From Azolla caroliniana (lineage: Eukaryota; Plantae; Polypodiophyta), in NCBI GenBank assembly GCA_043228905.1, contig JBHGNT010000021.1, positions 9,858,001 to 9,922,000 of the forward strand: DNA of 64,000 bases, written 5' to 3'. Below the pieces are notes generated by a model. The model was not told the origin of the DNA and made no database searches. It worked only from the letters and a program-made list of their open reading frames with translations. The position numbers and the translations under genes were made by a program. Shown here piece by piece: positions 1 through 11,000 of this stretch. Every line of letters starts with the position of its first letter. Positions within the stretch are counted from its first letter, which is position 1.

Positions 1-16
1 TCCACTTGCTCCTTTT

Positions 17-2353
17 TTGTTTTTATTAGTATCTGAAGCGTTTTCTATATATTTAAATTCTCAGCAGGTTAATATAAAAGGTCTAGCATTGCCATTTGCA
101 GATGCTAGCGTTGATAGTGAGTTTGCTGATGATACAGCTCTTTATATTCACGCCTCACAATTTAATTTGGTGCAGGTTCAAAAAGCTGTGGATGACTTCG
201 CAGATGCATCGGGTGCAGTGATCAATTGGGATAAGTCATCAGGTTTTTGGGTGGCTTCGGGAAACCCTCCAGTTAACGCGCCTAGCGCAGGTTTCTCGTG
301 GATTCCGAAAGGACAGTCCATTAGGTATCTAGGATGTAGAGTAGGGTTAGGAATAAAGGTAGATGATATGATTGCGCCCTTATTGGTAAGATTAAGAAAT
401 AAGCTAATATATTGGAAGAAGGAAAGGTTATCCTTAGCTGGACGTGTAGTTGTTGCTAATTCTGTGCTTTTATCATCTGTTTGGTATATAGCCTCTACAT
501 GGTTGTTTTCTAGGTCCATTATGCTTAGAGTTCAACGTCTAGTACGGAATTTTATTTGGGGAAATGATACGGTACACAATACTATAGCAAAGGTAGCTTG
601 GTCGGTTCTTATACAACCCAAACATAAAGGAGGTTTAGGTTTGATTGATCCTTTCATGCAAAGTAAAGCATTACTTGTTAAACATGTTGTTAGGTGTTTA
701 TTGCCTGGACAAGAGTTATGGAAAAAGTTTTGGATGTGTCATTTATATAAATTAAAACCATCGGTTGGTGGTAATTGGCGTGATAGTCTTAGATGGTTCT
801 TTAATTCAGATTTTCCGCTGTCTAAATCGACAGTTGGGTCCTTTAGTTTTTTTAATGGCATTCTAAGGGCATGGGAAAGTATTCGTCGAGCGCTGGTTTT
901 TTTGCCACCAAAAACATATCATCAATTAATGCGTCAGCCGTTGTTATGGAATCCTTTGTTTACTGATGAAGCGGCATGTGTCTTAGGTTTACGACCCAGG
1001 TTATCTTGGGCTGCAATGGATAATGGACCAGCTCGTACGGTTGCGGATTGGATTGCTTTCCTGCAGACTTCAGTGCAAGACCAAAAGAGTAGGGTGTCTA
1101 ATTTCAGAGGGGCAAACATTATGATAACTCAAGTGTCAACGGTGTATCAGGTAACATTACCAACTTTGAGTTTTGGTCATTGTTTGAATTGGTATGGTAT
1201 GTTTTCGAGATTAAATATACTAATAGGAGCTCGTCTGTATACTCAAAATGGTAGCCTTTACTTTTATGAAGTTTGCGATAATGGTGGGTTGTTGGTAGTG
1301 GAGGAGGAGTCTTCAATTGTGTCTTCTGCCAGGCAGCTGCCAGTGAGAGTAATAGCTAGGTTGGGAAAAAAGATATTTATAGATCCTAATCCACTAATTG
1401 CTAAGTATTCATCTCATATATGGGTTTTAAATTCTAGACCAATTGTTGATTTGCAGTGGGATCCATTAGATTATGGTTGGAAGTTACCAATGTCTGATAG
1501 TACGAAAGAGAAAGTTCTTCCATTTTTTGCATATTCTGTGTCACTGGGTAGGAAGTTTTTGTTAAATGAGATAGAGTCAATTCCGGCAGGAAAAAAATAT
1601 TGGGAGGAAGGTAATGTCTCATCTACATATATGTTGAAGTTTTGGAAACACCTTTGGTCGCTTAAATGTATGAACAAGGTATTGCACTTTCGATGGTTAA
1701 TGATTCATTATGCATTGCCAGTAGGAGCTTTATTGAGGGGAACAATACCTGATCGATCATGTGGTAGGTGTGGCTGGGCATATGAGACATTACATCATGC
1801 TTTTTGGGAATGTGTTACGGCCAAATGTTTTTGGGCTCGTATTCTTAGGCTTTTAAGTCGTAAGTATAGGGCTACTAAATTCACGTGGGGTACAATCTTT
1901 TGGGGTACGTTGGATCAAGAAACTGTTTTTTATCATTATCATAATTCATCATTGACTTTACATGTGAAAAGTTTTCAGGTGTACGTTACGAATAGCTCCT
2001 TGCAGGGAGTCAAGTTTTTTTCTAGGTGTTATGTTTGGAACGTTATTTCCTCGTTGGCCTTATGGATTATTTGGAAAGCAAGGTGTTCTAAAATATATAA
2101 TGATGAAGATACTAATGTTGTGGATCAAGTTAAATCTTTCTGGGAATTATTGGTAAATATAGTTAAAGGTGAATATGATAGCTATAAGGGTTGTGGAAAT
2201 GGGCCTAACCGGAAAAGAAAGCGACTTAGAAGAGTCTGGTCAACCATTCCTATTTTTTTGGATGCAACAGGGGAAGATGTAAAGTGGAATTATGTTCCAC
2301 CTCGATGGTTGTTTCCGTCACCAGCGCCATTTATATTGAACACAGCCGTTTAG
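17..2353 (+). CDS. LINE ORF2 C-terminal part: reverse transcriptase end plus zf-RVT zinc knuckle (5'-partial, uninterrupted)
   Basis: 778 codons with no stop. Motifs FADD, YLG, GGLG and CxxC-ETxxHxFxxC, and WIIWKARC near the C-terminus, are typical of plant L1 ORF2. Confidence 0.92.
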   Translation: MFLLVSEAFSIYLNSQQVNIKGLALPFADASVDSEFADDTALYIHASQFNLVQVQKAVDDFADASGAVINWDKSSGFWVASGNPPVNAPSAGFSWIPKGQSIRYLGCRVGLGIKVDDMIAPLLVRLRNKLIYWKKERLSLAGRVVVANSVLLSSVWYIASTWLFSRSIMLRVQRLVRNFIWGNDTVHNTIAKVAWSVLIQPKHKGGLGLIDPFMQSKALLVKHVVRCLLPGQELWKKFWMCHLYKLKPSVGGNWRDSLRWFFNSDFPLSKSTVGSFSFFNGILRAWESIRRALVFLPPKTYHQLMRQPLLWNPLFTDEAACVLGLRPRLSWAAMDNGPARTVADWIAFLQTSVQDQKSRVSNFRGANIMITQVSTVYQVTLPTLSFGHCLNWYGMFSRLNILIGARLYTQNGSLYFYEVCDNGGLLVVEEESSIVSSARQLPVRVIARLGKKIFIDPNPLIAKYSSHIWVLNSRPIVDLQWDPLDYGWKLPMSDSTKEKVLPFFAYSVSLGRKFLLNEIESIPAGKKYWEEGNVSSTYMLKFWKHLWSLKCMNKVLHFRWLMIHYALPVGALLRGTIPDRSCGRCGWAYETLHHAFWECVTAKCFWARILRLLSRKYRATKFTWGTIFWGTLDQETVFYHYHNSSLTLHVKSFQVYVTNSSLQGVKFFSRCYVWNVISSLALWIIWKARCSKIYNDEDTNVVDQVKSFWELLVNIVKGEYDSYKGCGNGPNRKRKRLRRVWSTIPIFLDATGEDVKWNYVPPRWLFPSPAPFILNTAV

Positions 2354-2354
2354 G

Positions 2355-3450
2355 ATGAGTGCGTGAGGAAAGTGTAAACTGTTTTTGTGTTGTAAATACA
2401 GGTTTTCCACGGACATTGGCAACAAGCTAATCGACGAGAGGGCTGATGTGGAAAGAAGGAAGAATGTGTAAGAGAAAAGGATGGGGTATGGTGGCGGGGT
2501 CATAGTCGACAATCGTGAGTGGGTGGGGAATTTTTACACTAATTTTTGTTTTTAATACAGGTTTTTCGTCAACAGTGCAAGATATTAATCGGCAAGAGGG
2601 CTGACGTGGACTGAATGAAGAATTTCTTGTTTTGTGATAAGGATGAGGGAAGATGGCGGGGGGGTCGAAGCCATCTATCATGAGTGAGGAAACTTTGAGA
2701 TTAACTGTTTTGTTATTGATACAGGTTTTTTCGTGGACATTGGTCATGACGATAATTGGCTAGACGGTTGATGTGGATTGAACGAAGAAATTTTCTGTGT
2801 GAAAGTGATAAGGTTGAGTGAAGATGGTGGGGAGGGTGAAGCCGACTATAACGAGTGGGTGAGAAAATGTTTACACTAATTTTGTGTTGATCAATACAGG
2901 ATATGCGTGGACATTGCCACCGTGTTAATTGGTGAGATGGCTGATGTCGACTGTATGAAGAATTTCTGTGTTAAGGATGAGTGAAGATGGTGGGGAGGGT
3001 GAAGCCGACTATAATGAGTGGGTGAGGAAATGTTTACATTAATTTTGTGTTGATCAATACAGATATGTGTGGACATTGCCACCGTGGTAATTGGTGAGAT
3101 GGCTGATGTCGACTGAATGAAGAATTATTGTGTTAAGGATGAGTGAAGATGGTGGGGAGGGTCGAAGCCAATGTGCAGGAGTGGGTGAGGACATGTTTTA
3201 ACCTAAGTTTTTGTTGATTATACAGGATATGCGTGGACATTGGAACCAGGTTAATCGGTGAGATGGCTGATGTCGACTAAAGGAAGAAATATTTGTGGTG
3301 AGGATGAGTGAAGATGGTGGGGAGGGTCGAAGCCAATCATCACGAGTGGGTGAGGAATTTTTAGACGGATTTTATTCTTATCACAGATTTTTGGGGTTTT
3401 TGGGCAATGACGTTAATCGGAGACATGACTGATGTGGGTTAAATGAAGCA
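2355..3450 (+). repeat. Degenerate tandem array, ~163-bp unit, ~6.7 copies, immediately after the LINE stop codon
   Basis: The anchor GAGTG(G)GTGAGG recurs at about 2357, 2517, 2682, 2853, 3016, 3179 and 3344. Units share ..TACAG, GGACATTG, GGCTGATGT and GAAGATGGTGGGGAGGG. The central copies are the most alike. Confidence 0.9.
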
Positions 3451-3933
3451 TGGTTGTGATGAGATTATGGTCTAATCAATGTATGGCTGTTCTGAGTTTC
3501 AGCTTGAAGAAGACTACGGCCAAGAAGTAGCAGATTACCTCAATGGCTTGATTGGAGAGAGCAGTTTTGTATTACCTAAGTGGTACAAAAGGACATTCAC
3601 AAAGGAAAATTAAAGGCCAAGGAACGGGAACAGCTATTGGACAACCAGGAATTTGTTTATAGGTTGAATAGGGGTATACTAAAGAGCTTCAGTATATGTG
3701 GAATCACATTCAGCCAATGTTGGCTGCAACATGATGTTTTTTAGAGGCCATAACAAATGCCATCTTTATTTGGTCCCTTTTTTTACGATATATACTTATG
3801 GAGTGGAAACTATTATGTACAATTTGTAGATTGCCTTTGGCATTGTTAATTTTAATACCAATGGAGCATATTTTTTATGGAAAAAAAAAAAAAACATGTA
3901 ACTAGTGTAATTTTTCAGGAACAAGGGGGGACG

Positions 3934-4188
3934 ATGAATGTCAATACACTTACACCACTCGGCCTCTCTCTTGAGGAAGCACGAATGCAAAGAACAACCA
4001 AACGCCCTCGGATGTTGGGCTTCAAAACAAGTCGACATGGAGTAGAAAAGATTAAGAAGATAAGGGAACGTGAGCTACGTCGACTAGAAGCTATGGTTGG
4101 GGTACCTTTTACATTGGGACTACGGGCCACATCCACATCGAAACCCTTTGACCTCCCGCTTCTCTTTGAGAGACTTGGATGGAAATGA
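3934..4188 (+). CDS. Short basic ORF (84 aa) or terminal exon of unknown function
   Basis: It is preceded by an acceptor-like TTTTTCAG|G (AG at 3917-3918) and followed by AT-rich UTR-like sequence. The peptide is R/K-rich. No family recognised. Confidence 0.3.
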   Translation: MNVNTLTPLGLSLEEARMQRTTKRPRMLGFKTSRHGVEKIKKIRERELRRLEAMVGVPFTLGLRATSTSKPFDLPLLFERLGWK

Positions 4189-4499
4189 AATTAGGCCTAG
4201 TATAACATCATTTTCATTGTAGAACATGTTTGTTATTTTACTAAAACTATTTAGCTTAAAACTCTACTTTTATCTTATTTTTATTTTTATTTTTTACTTT
4301 CGATGAATGGGTAAATATCCCATTTTTTGTTGTAAACCATTTGTCTCATGGGCCAAATTTGGCCTTAGAAGACATTAATATTTCTTTCTTTCTTTCTCTC
4401 ACACACACCGAGTATCTCCATTCTCTGTGTTTACCTAACTATTGCATTCTAGATAATCGATTGGATTCTGTATTTCACATAAGGTTCTGCATCTTATTT

Positions 4500-6845
4500 T
4501 TTACACAAGAGATAGAAGACGTCGGTCGACCGAGGCATATAGTAGAACAAAGCCCGATTAGGACTAGGCTTAGTGGGTCACAAGAGCCTTCGAGCAACCG
4601 AAGCACATCTCGGCGGAGTTCGAAGATGGACAAAGAGAAGACCAAAATGCTGGAGTATGAAGATCCAGACAACAACGAATTGACCCACTCACTCAATAGT
4701 GAGTTTGACGGCCTGGATGCTCCGATTATGTGGATGAATGGAGTAAAGAAAGTCATAGCTACCACAAATGAGATTCAACTCCGTTGCTCCACCCAAGAGG
4801 TAAACATGATCAGTCGATTCGGCCACAATGACTACATGACATATCATTATGCCTTTATATGATGAAGGTGATGACAGTTCAAGAACTGGAAATATTTTCC
4901 GAGGTAGCCAAGGATCCAGGATGGGTCGAAGCCATGAAAGAGGAGATGCATGTGCTATGCAAGAACGAGACATGGAATCTCGTCCCCACTCATCACACAA
5001 GAAAACGATCGGCAGTCGGCGGATCTACAAGGTGAAATATAATGTTGAAGGCTCAGTAAACCGCTACAAAGCACGACTCATAGCAAAAGGATGCACTCAA
5101 ATGCGCAAGGTCTATTACAAGGAGACCTTTGCCCCGGTGGCAAAGATGATGATTGTTCGGATAGTCATTGCACTCACATCTGTTAAAAGGTGGCACCTCC
5201 ATCAAATGGACGTAAAGAATTCCTTTCTTCAAGGAAAATTAGAAGAGGAGGTTTTCATGATTCAACCATCCCGTTTCAAATCGACTAACCACCCAACCAC
5301 AATCTGTCGACTCAAGAAGTCGTTGTATGGACTCAAACAAAACTACATGCTTGGCATTCAAAGATTACTCTGCATCTTCACCAAATCGGTTGTCGAATGT
5401 CGAAATCAGACAACTCTCTCTACGTAAGAAGGAATTTTGACAGCCTAATTGTCATCATCCTATACGTGGATGATCTGGTCATTAGAGGAGAGAATCTACC
5501 CGACATCAATAAGGTCAAATCCCTCCTGTCTAGTAGATTCAAAATGAAAGACATGTAGGAGCTCGATCACTTCCTTGATATAGAAGTAATTTAGATATTA
5601 GTCGGGATCATGATCTCCCAATGGCACTACATCCTCAACTTGCTATACAAGTTTGGGATTAGGGATTGAAAACGGCTCGACTCAAGCCTAAACTGGTTTT
5701 TAACCATTTAGCGGTTAGCGGCTCAGTTTAGACTTGAGCCTACCTAAACGGTTTGAGCTCGGCTCAGCTTGAGCCTTTCCAAACCGGTTGAAACCGTTTA
5801 AGCCATTTATGTGATTTAATAATAATTAGGGTTTAGAATATTAGAAATTAGACAGTTAGAAGTTAGAAGGAAGAACTTGAAAGTTGAGAGAGAGATTGAC
5901 AAGAGGCCATAGGCAACAGACTGTTGAGCGACGAGAGAGGGAGGGATAGAGAGGGAGAGGGAGCATAGTGGACAATCACGAGAACCTCCTTCTTGGTGTT
6001 ATATATGTCATTCTTATTGTACATATAGGCGAAATTTTAGTTCCAAATTCTCTCTTGAGTTGGACCTAGGACCTAGGACGCAACAAGCTCGACATGAAGG
6101 TGGTTGAGGGATGGGCAATAGAAATCAAGAATGGACATATTGGGGTTTGGAAAGGGTTACATCGACCCACTCATCGTGAGCTCACTATATTGGAGGTGCT
6201 CAAGGGTCGGGCGGTAGTAATCTACAACGGAAGATGAGGAGGATGGGAATGGGGGGGCATGTCAAATTTGGAGAAGGATTGGATTACCAAGAGTGAGAGG
6301 TTGCCATAGCCTCGGGGCTCGTGGTTTGGGTGGTGGGAGGCAAGGGATTTGTGGGTGCCAGCTAACCAATTGTAGTAGTCTACGGAGAGGGAGTCGTGGA
6401 GGTGCGACTTGGAGTTGAATTCAGACTCATCGGTGGTAAGCACGAGGGGGTGGGAGTTATGAGGAGAAGAAGAGTAGAACTGGTATTACTGTTTTTTGGG
6501 TTTCTTCACACCTCTAAAGCTTTTTTTTCCAAAACCAATTCACAAACCAAACCAATTTAGGGATAAGTCTGGTTTGGTTTGGTTCAAGTTTGAGAACCCC
6601 AAAATGGTTTAGGCTTAACTGGTTTGGCTTGGATAAGGCCAAACCGGTTAAGCCTAAATTGAACTGTTGTCGATTCCTATTCAGGATGACAAAGTGCAAA
6701 CCTATGTCAACCCCTCTCGATCGAAACCTAAAGCTCGATGCCGACTCTGGAACAAAAGAGTGTTAGTCGACTCAATATCGTCAGTTGGTCAGTAGCTTTA
6801 TCTATCTTACCATAACCCGACCCAACCTCAGCTATTTGGTTGGTA
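4500..6845 (+). mobile_element. Degenerate Ty1/copia RT fragment, interrupted by a hAT element
   Basis: Motifs [46 protein letters not shown] and ILYVDDL. The frame resumes after 6687 (MTKCKPMSTPLDRN). Frameshifts and stops are present. Confidence 0.9.
5660..6679. mobile_element. Non-autonomous hAT DNA transposon (~1.02 kb)
   Basis: Imperfect TIRs (TAGGGATTGAAAACGG and, reverse-complemented, TAGGAATCGACAACAG). 8-bp TSD TTTGGGAT/TTCAGGAT. AAACGG/AAACC subterminal repeats at both ends. It cleanly splits the copia RT. Confidence 0.85.
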
Positions 6846-8008
6846 CAACACAACCGACAAGTACAATGCAACAACCAAATAGCAGCCGACCAATCGATCG
6901 AAATCAACCAAAGGAGTAGTTGAAGTAGCAACACAACTGGCCAAGGGGAGTCGAAGCACGAAGCCGAACTTAGCAATCGAACAAGCAGATAAATATAGAT
7001 AGGGTAGTCGAACAAGGAGCATGAAGTAGTTGGACGAAGGAGAACATATATCAATCGACCAGTCGAAGCTGACCCGACCTATCATCCGGACATAGAGCCG
7101 AGGAAATCTGAAACGAGCCAAACAGCAAGATGACTTTCCGTCTATTGGAAGTTGTGTTTGAAGGGAGAGTCAAACCCAACTTCTCCAATGTAATGGCTTT
7201 CACACTAGCAATAGGACACACTAGGTTCAAGCTAGTTTTGTAAATAGTAGAAAGCGTTTGGTTGTAATTATAGATTGACACATGCGTGATATTCATGATA
7301 TTCTCCATGCGCAATATTCTCAATATTCGAGAATACGAAATGGCCCCAAGAATATTAGAAAACATTCGTTTTGCAAAATAAATATAAAATATTTATCTAT
7401 TTATTAAAATAAATTTATTTCACCCAAAAAAAAACAATGATTCATTAATAGATTATAGTGTCAAGAGAGTTTATGAAACTTATTTTAATTAATTAATCAA
7501 TTAATTCATTTTTAAAAAACTAATATTTTTATATTTATTATACAAATATGATTAGTATGAACTTTGAAGATATGATTAGTTTGAAGTACTATTTTAATGT
7601 CAAAATAAAGATATCCATAAATTTTGAGGGAATAAAGAGTGAGAAATTAATAAGCCTTTATTTTATTTTATTTATTTATTAAAAATAAAACAAATACTTA
7701 TAACTTATAAGTTATACATTTATTATAAAAATTTAGTAGTGTCAAATCCCCAAGTCCCTCTTTTATTATCCCTATTTATTGTCAAGTTCCGTTTTTTTTA
7801 TCTTGTGAAATTAAAAAAGATTGAGTTTTTTTTTCTTTTGAGTTAAACAAATACTTGACCACACATTCGTATTCGTTTGTATTCGAATGGGAAACCCAAC
7901 AAATGCGAATATGTCAATCTATGGTTGTAATTGTTTTCTCGCTAATACAACTTCTTGTTCTCTCTCTGTGTGTTTGTAAGACAAACACACAGAGTTTCCT
8001 TCCACTAC
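6846..8008 (+). mobile_element. Truncated LTR-like segment, interrupted by a hAT MITE
   Basis: TATA-like TGTAAATAG at ~7239, followed by TGTAAT, AATACA, a CT-rich tract and an end at ..CCACTACA. The 5' end is not defined. Confidence 0.4.
7269..7923. mobile_element. hAT-type MITE (655 bp)
   Basis: TIRs (T/C)ATAGATTGACA(C/T)AT(G/T)CG. Perfect 8-bp TSD GTTGTAAT at 7261-7268 and 7924-7931. ATTCG/CGAAT subterminal motifs around an AT-rich core. Confidence 0.9.
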
Positions 8009-8080
8009 AATAGATCACCTACACTCTCCATTCCTTTTTAGCTAGGAAGAATTACATGAGGCATCATATGTACAAGGGCC

Positions 8081-11000
8081 TGTCACAGACATGACAATAG
8101 TTATGTCAAGATTTGAACTCTTGACCTCTTGTATTATAGTCAAATGTTATATGGTAACCAACACATCCAATTACATAATGGTGTTATGTATATCTTCATA
8201 GATTATCTATTCACGTTCTAGGAGTTTTTAGAAAGTTCTAGAGGGTTCTAGAATATTCTCCAAAATATACTCAAGAATATTCTAATGCATGTACTTCAAC
8301 TCACAATATAAATATTGTAGAAACAAATCAAGTGCAAAAGCAATAGAAAACAGAAAACAGAAAATAGGTTTAATGGAGAGCTTAACAGTACGCGGGAGAG
8401 ACAGAGAGAGAGCACATAGAAACTCAATTCAAAAAACTACTTAGTCTGTACATCGTATGTGTTCAGTGAACACTTTTATACAAGTCCATCCGGACTGACA
8501 GAAGTACAGTGTACTTCAATGCTCACACGAGCATCTGACACTAACTACGAGATATTAACTCCCTAGTAGACTAGTTGTTGCTTGGCTTCCGGTTATTGCT
8601 TGATCCAGCTAACCGACTCCCTAGTTCAACGGCTCACCGATCCGGCTTATCCTTCTGGATGCCAATCCGGCTCAGGCTTATTCAGGCGATCCGGATCCGG
8701 TTGAGCTTGCCGCTCAACACTCCCCCTCAAGCTCAACTTGAGGTCGGATCGTAGTGTCAGTCTCCATGGCATCCAGTCCTTTCACCTGGCTCCTTCTGGC
8801 GTCACTCTGCATCGCTCACGTTCCTCGTCCGGTCCGGTCCCGTTTGCCGCAGCCCTTATGTTTCTGCGCATCACGACCTCCTTGGTCGGGTTGTCTGCTC
8901 AACAAGCCCAAATTAGCTCCCTCGTTGTTGTGACTTCGGCACTTGTCAACCCGCCGATTCCTTCGTGTTGGCGTCAACTTTTGCTGCCATCTCGTCCTCT
9001 TGGCCTTGAATTGATCCGGCTCTTCCAAATCCTTCTATAGAACCGAATCGGTTGTCTCCGATTCATTCTAGGTCTTGCCCGAATCAGTTGTTCCCGATTC
9101 ATCTTCTGGTTCCAGGCCCTTCACCACATCGGACCATGTCCGGGTCTTGGCCTTCTTCTTTTGGTCGGCTCTGTCCTTCTTGACTCTTCCTCCGCTGCCG
9201 CTTGTTCCGACTTGTTCGGATGTGTCAACTTCCTTTGTCGACTTGGCTCCTTTCTTCTTCTTGTCTCCCCCTTTGTCGGTTCTTCCCTTACCGGCACAAT
9301 CGACAATCTCTTTGCCTTTACCCGTTCCGGTGTCTTTGCCCGTTCTCCCCCTCAAGTGTGGCACGTCGAGATGGTGAACACCAAGCATTTCAGTGAAGTG
9401 CTGCAACTTGTCCGATCCGAGCGGTTTGGTGAGATGTCGGCAACTTGCCGATCCGTATGAACATACTGAAGTTCGACTTCACCGCTATGCACGATTGGGT
9501 AAGGAGTGTCGTCTCCGGTTTCGACAACTCCCGGTTGTTCCGGTTTCTCCAGGAAGGAGAACCACTCTTTGTGGTTCGTCATGTGATTTGATGCACCGGA
9601 ATCAACGTACCACACTTCCTCCGATTTGGAAGTGATCTTCTTCATCGAATTTGCCTCGTGCTTCATCACCAAGGTTGTCCCCTTACCGGTCTTCCCGGTT
9701 CCGGATCCTTTCGATCCTTGCGCGTAGTGCAAGCTTTGTCGGTCCTCCCGACCAATTTTGCCGGATCCAGATCTATCCAAATTGGCGCGCTTCTTCCAGC
9801 ATTCACTTTCTCTGTGGCCCTTTTTGCCACAGTACCAGCATTCCGTGGCAGATTTGTCTTGCCGGCCTCTGGCGCCACCTTGACTCCCCCTAGTTGTGGA
9901 GGTCCCGGAACTGCTGCCGGCACGGTCTCTGTGGTGTCGGTCTTGCCCTTGCCGGTTGCCTCCATTGTGTGCCGACCCGCCTTGTCCACCACGCCCATGG
10001 GGCTGATCCACCTCCGTGTATAGCATCCGGCTGTCGGTGGGTGCACTTGTTGACGCACCGGCATGGTTCTCCTCTACAAGGAGCAACGACTGTAAGTCGA
10101 AAAATGACGGTGTATTCTCCCTCGTACATATTGTTGTCCAAAAAGCTCGGAACTTAGACGCCAGGCCCCCAAGACAGACCTGTACCATCTCGTCTTCCTC
10201 TACTGTGACGTTGATAGAGGCAAGCGAGTCACAGATCTCTTTGATTCGGGCCGTGTAATCAGCCATCGACATGTCCTTCTACCGGACATTGCTCAACTCC
10301 TATCGGAGTTGCAGCTTCCGGGTTGTAGTGCTTGTGGCGAACACCTTCTTCAGGTTTCCCCAAGCCTCTTTCGGCGTCTTGGCATCTCGGACGTGGCTCA
10401 GAAGTTGGTCTCCGACACTGGACGCAAAGCAGTACATTACTCTGCTTGCTGATTGTTCCCACACCGGGAAGTCCTTGTGTGCCGCATCAGGTGTTGTGTC
10501 GTTAGCTCCGTCGACATAGCTCCATTAACCATGCCCAAGCAGGTACTGGTGCATCTTGTATGACCAAGATGCGTAGTTGGATCTGTCGAGCTTCTCCACC
10601 GGGAGCAAGCTAGCCATTCCTCTATCCATTTGTTGTTGTTTTTTTTTGTTCTTTACAAAGGTTAGGTTTTCTTCTTGCGAAAGCGAATGTCCATCCAGAC
10701 TGACAGAAATACGGTGTACTTCAATGCTCACACGAGCGTCTAACACTAACTACGAGATATTAACTCCCTAGTAGACTAGTTGTTACTTGGCTTCCGGTTA
10801 CTGCTTGATCCAGCTAACCGGCTCCCCAGCTCACCGGCTCACCAATCCGGCTCATCCTTCTGGATGTCGATCCGGCTCGGGCTTATTCAGCCGATCCAGA
10901 TTCGATTGAGCTTGCCGCTCAACAAATACTTGTAACCTCCTTGGTCCCTTTTAAGGGATTCAACGCCAGTCATTGACACATCAATCTAGTATTCTCGTTT

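Larger units (their letters stand above)
1..3894 (+). mobile_element. L1-clade LINE retrotransposon, 3' part (5' end outside window)
   Basis: The ORF carries the RT catalytic motif FADDT, the thumb region (YLG, LSLAGRVVVANSVL, KVAW..L..PK.KGGLG) and a zf-RVT CCHC knuckle (CGRC..ETLHHAFWEC). An A14 run at 3881-3894 after an AT-rich stretch is the likely tail; the exact 3' end is uncertain. Confidence 0.85.

Noticed and set aside
2355-3450. CRISPR-like array or tandem hammerhead ribozymes in the LINE 3' repeats
   Set aside because: Units are homologous along their whole length, with no unique spacers, and the context is eukaryotic. CTGATGT does not match the hammerhead core CUGANGA, and I found no GAAA-flanked stems.
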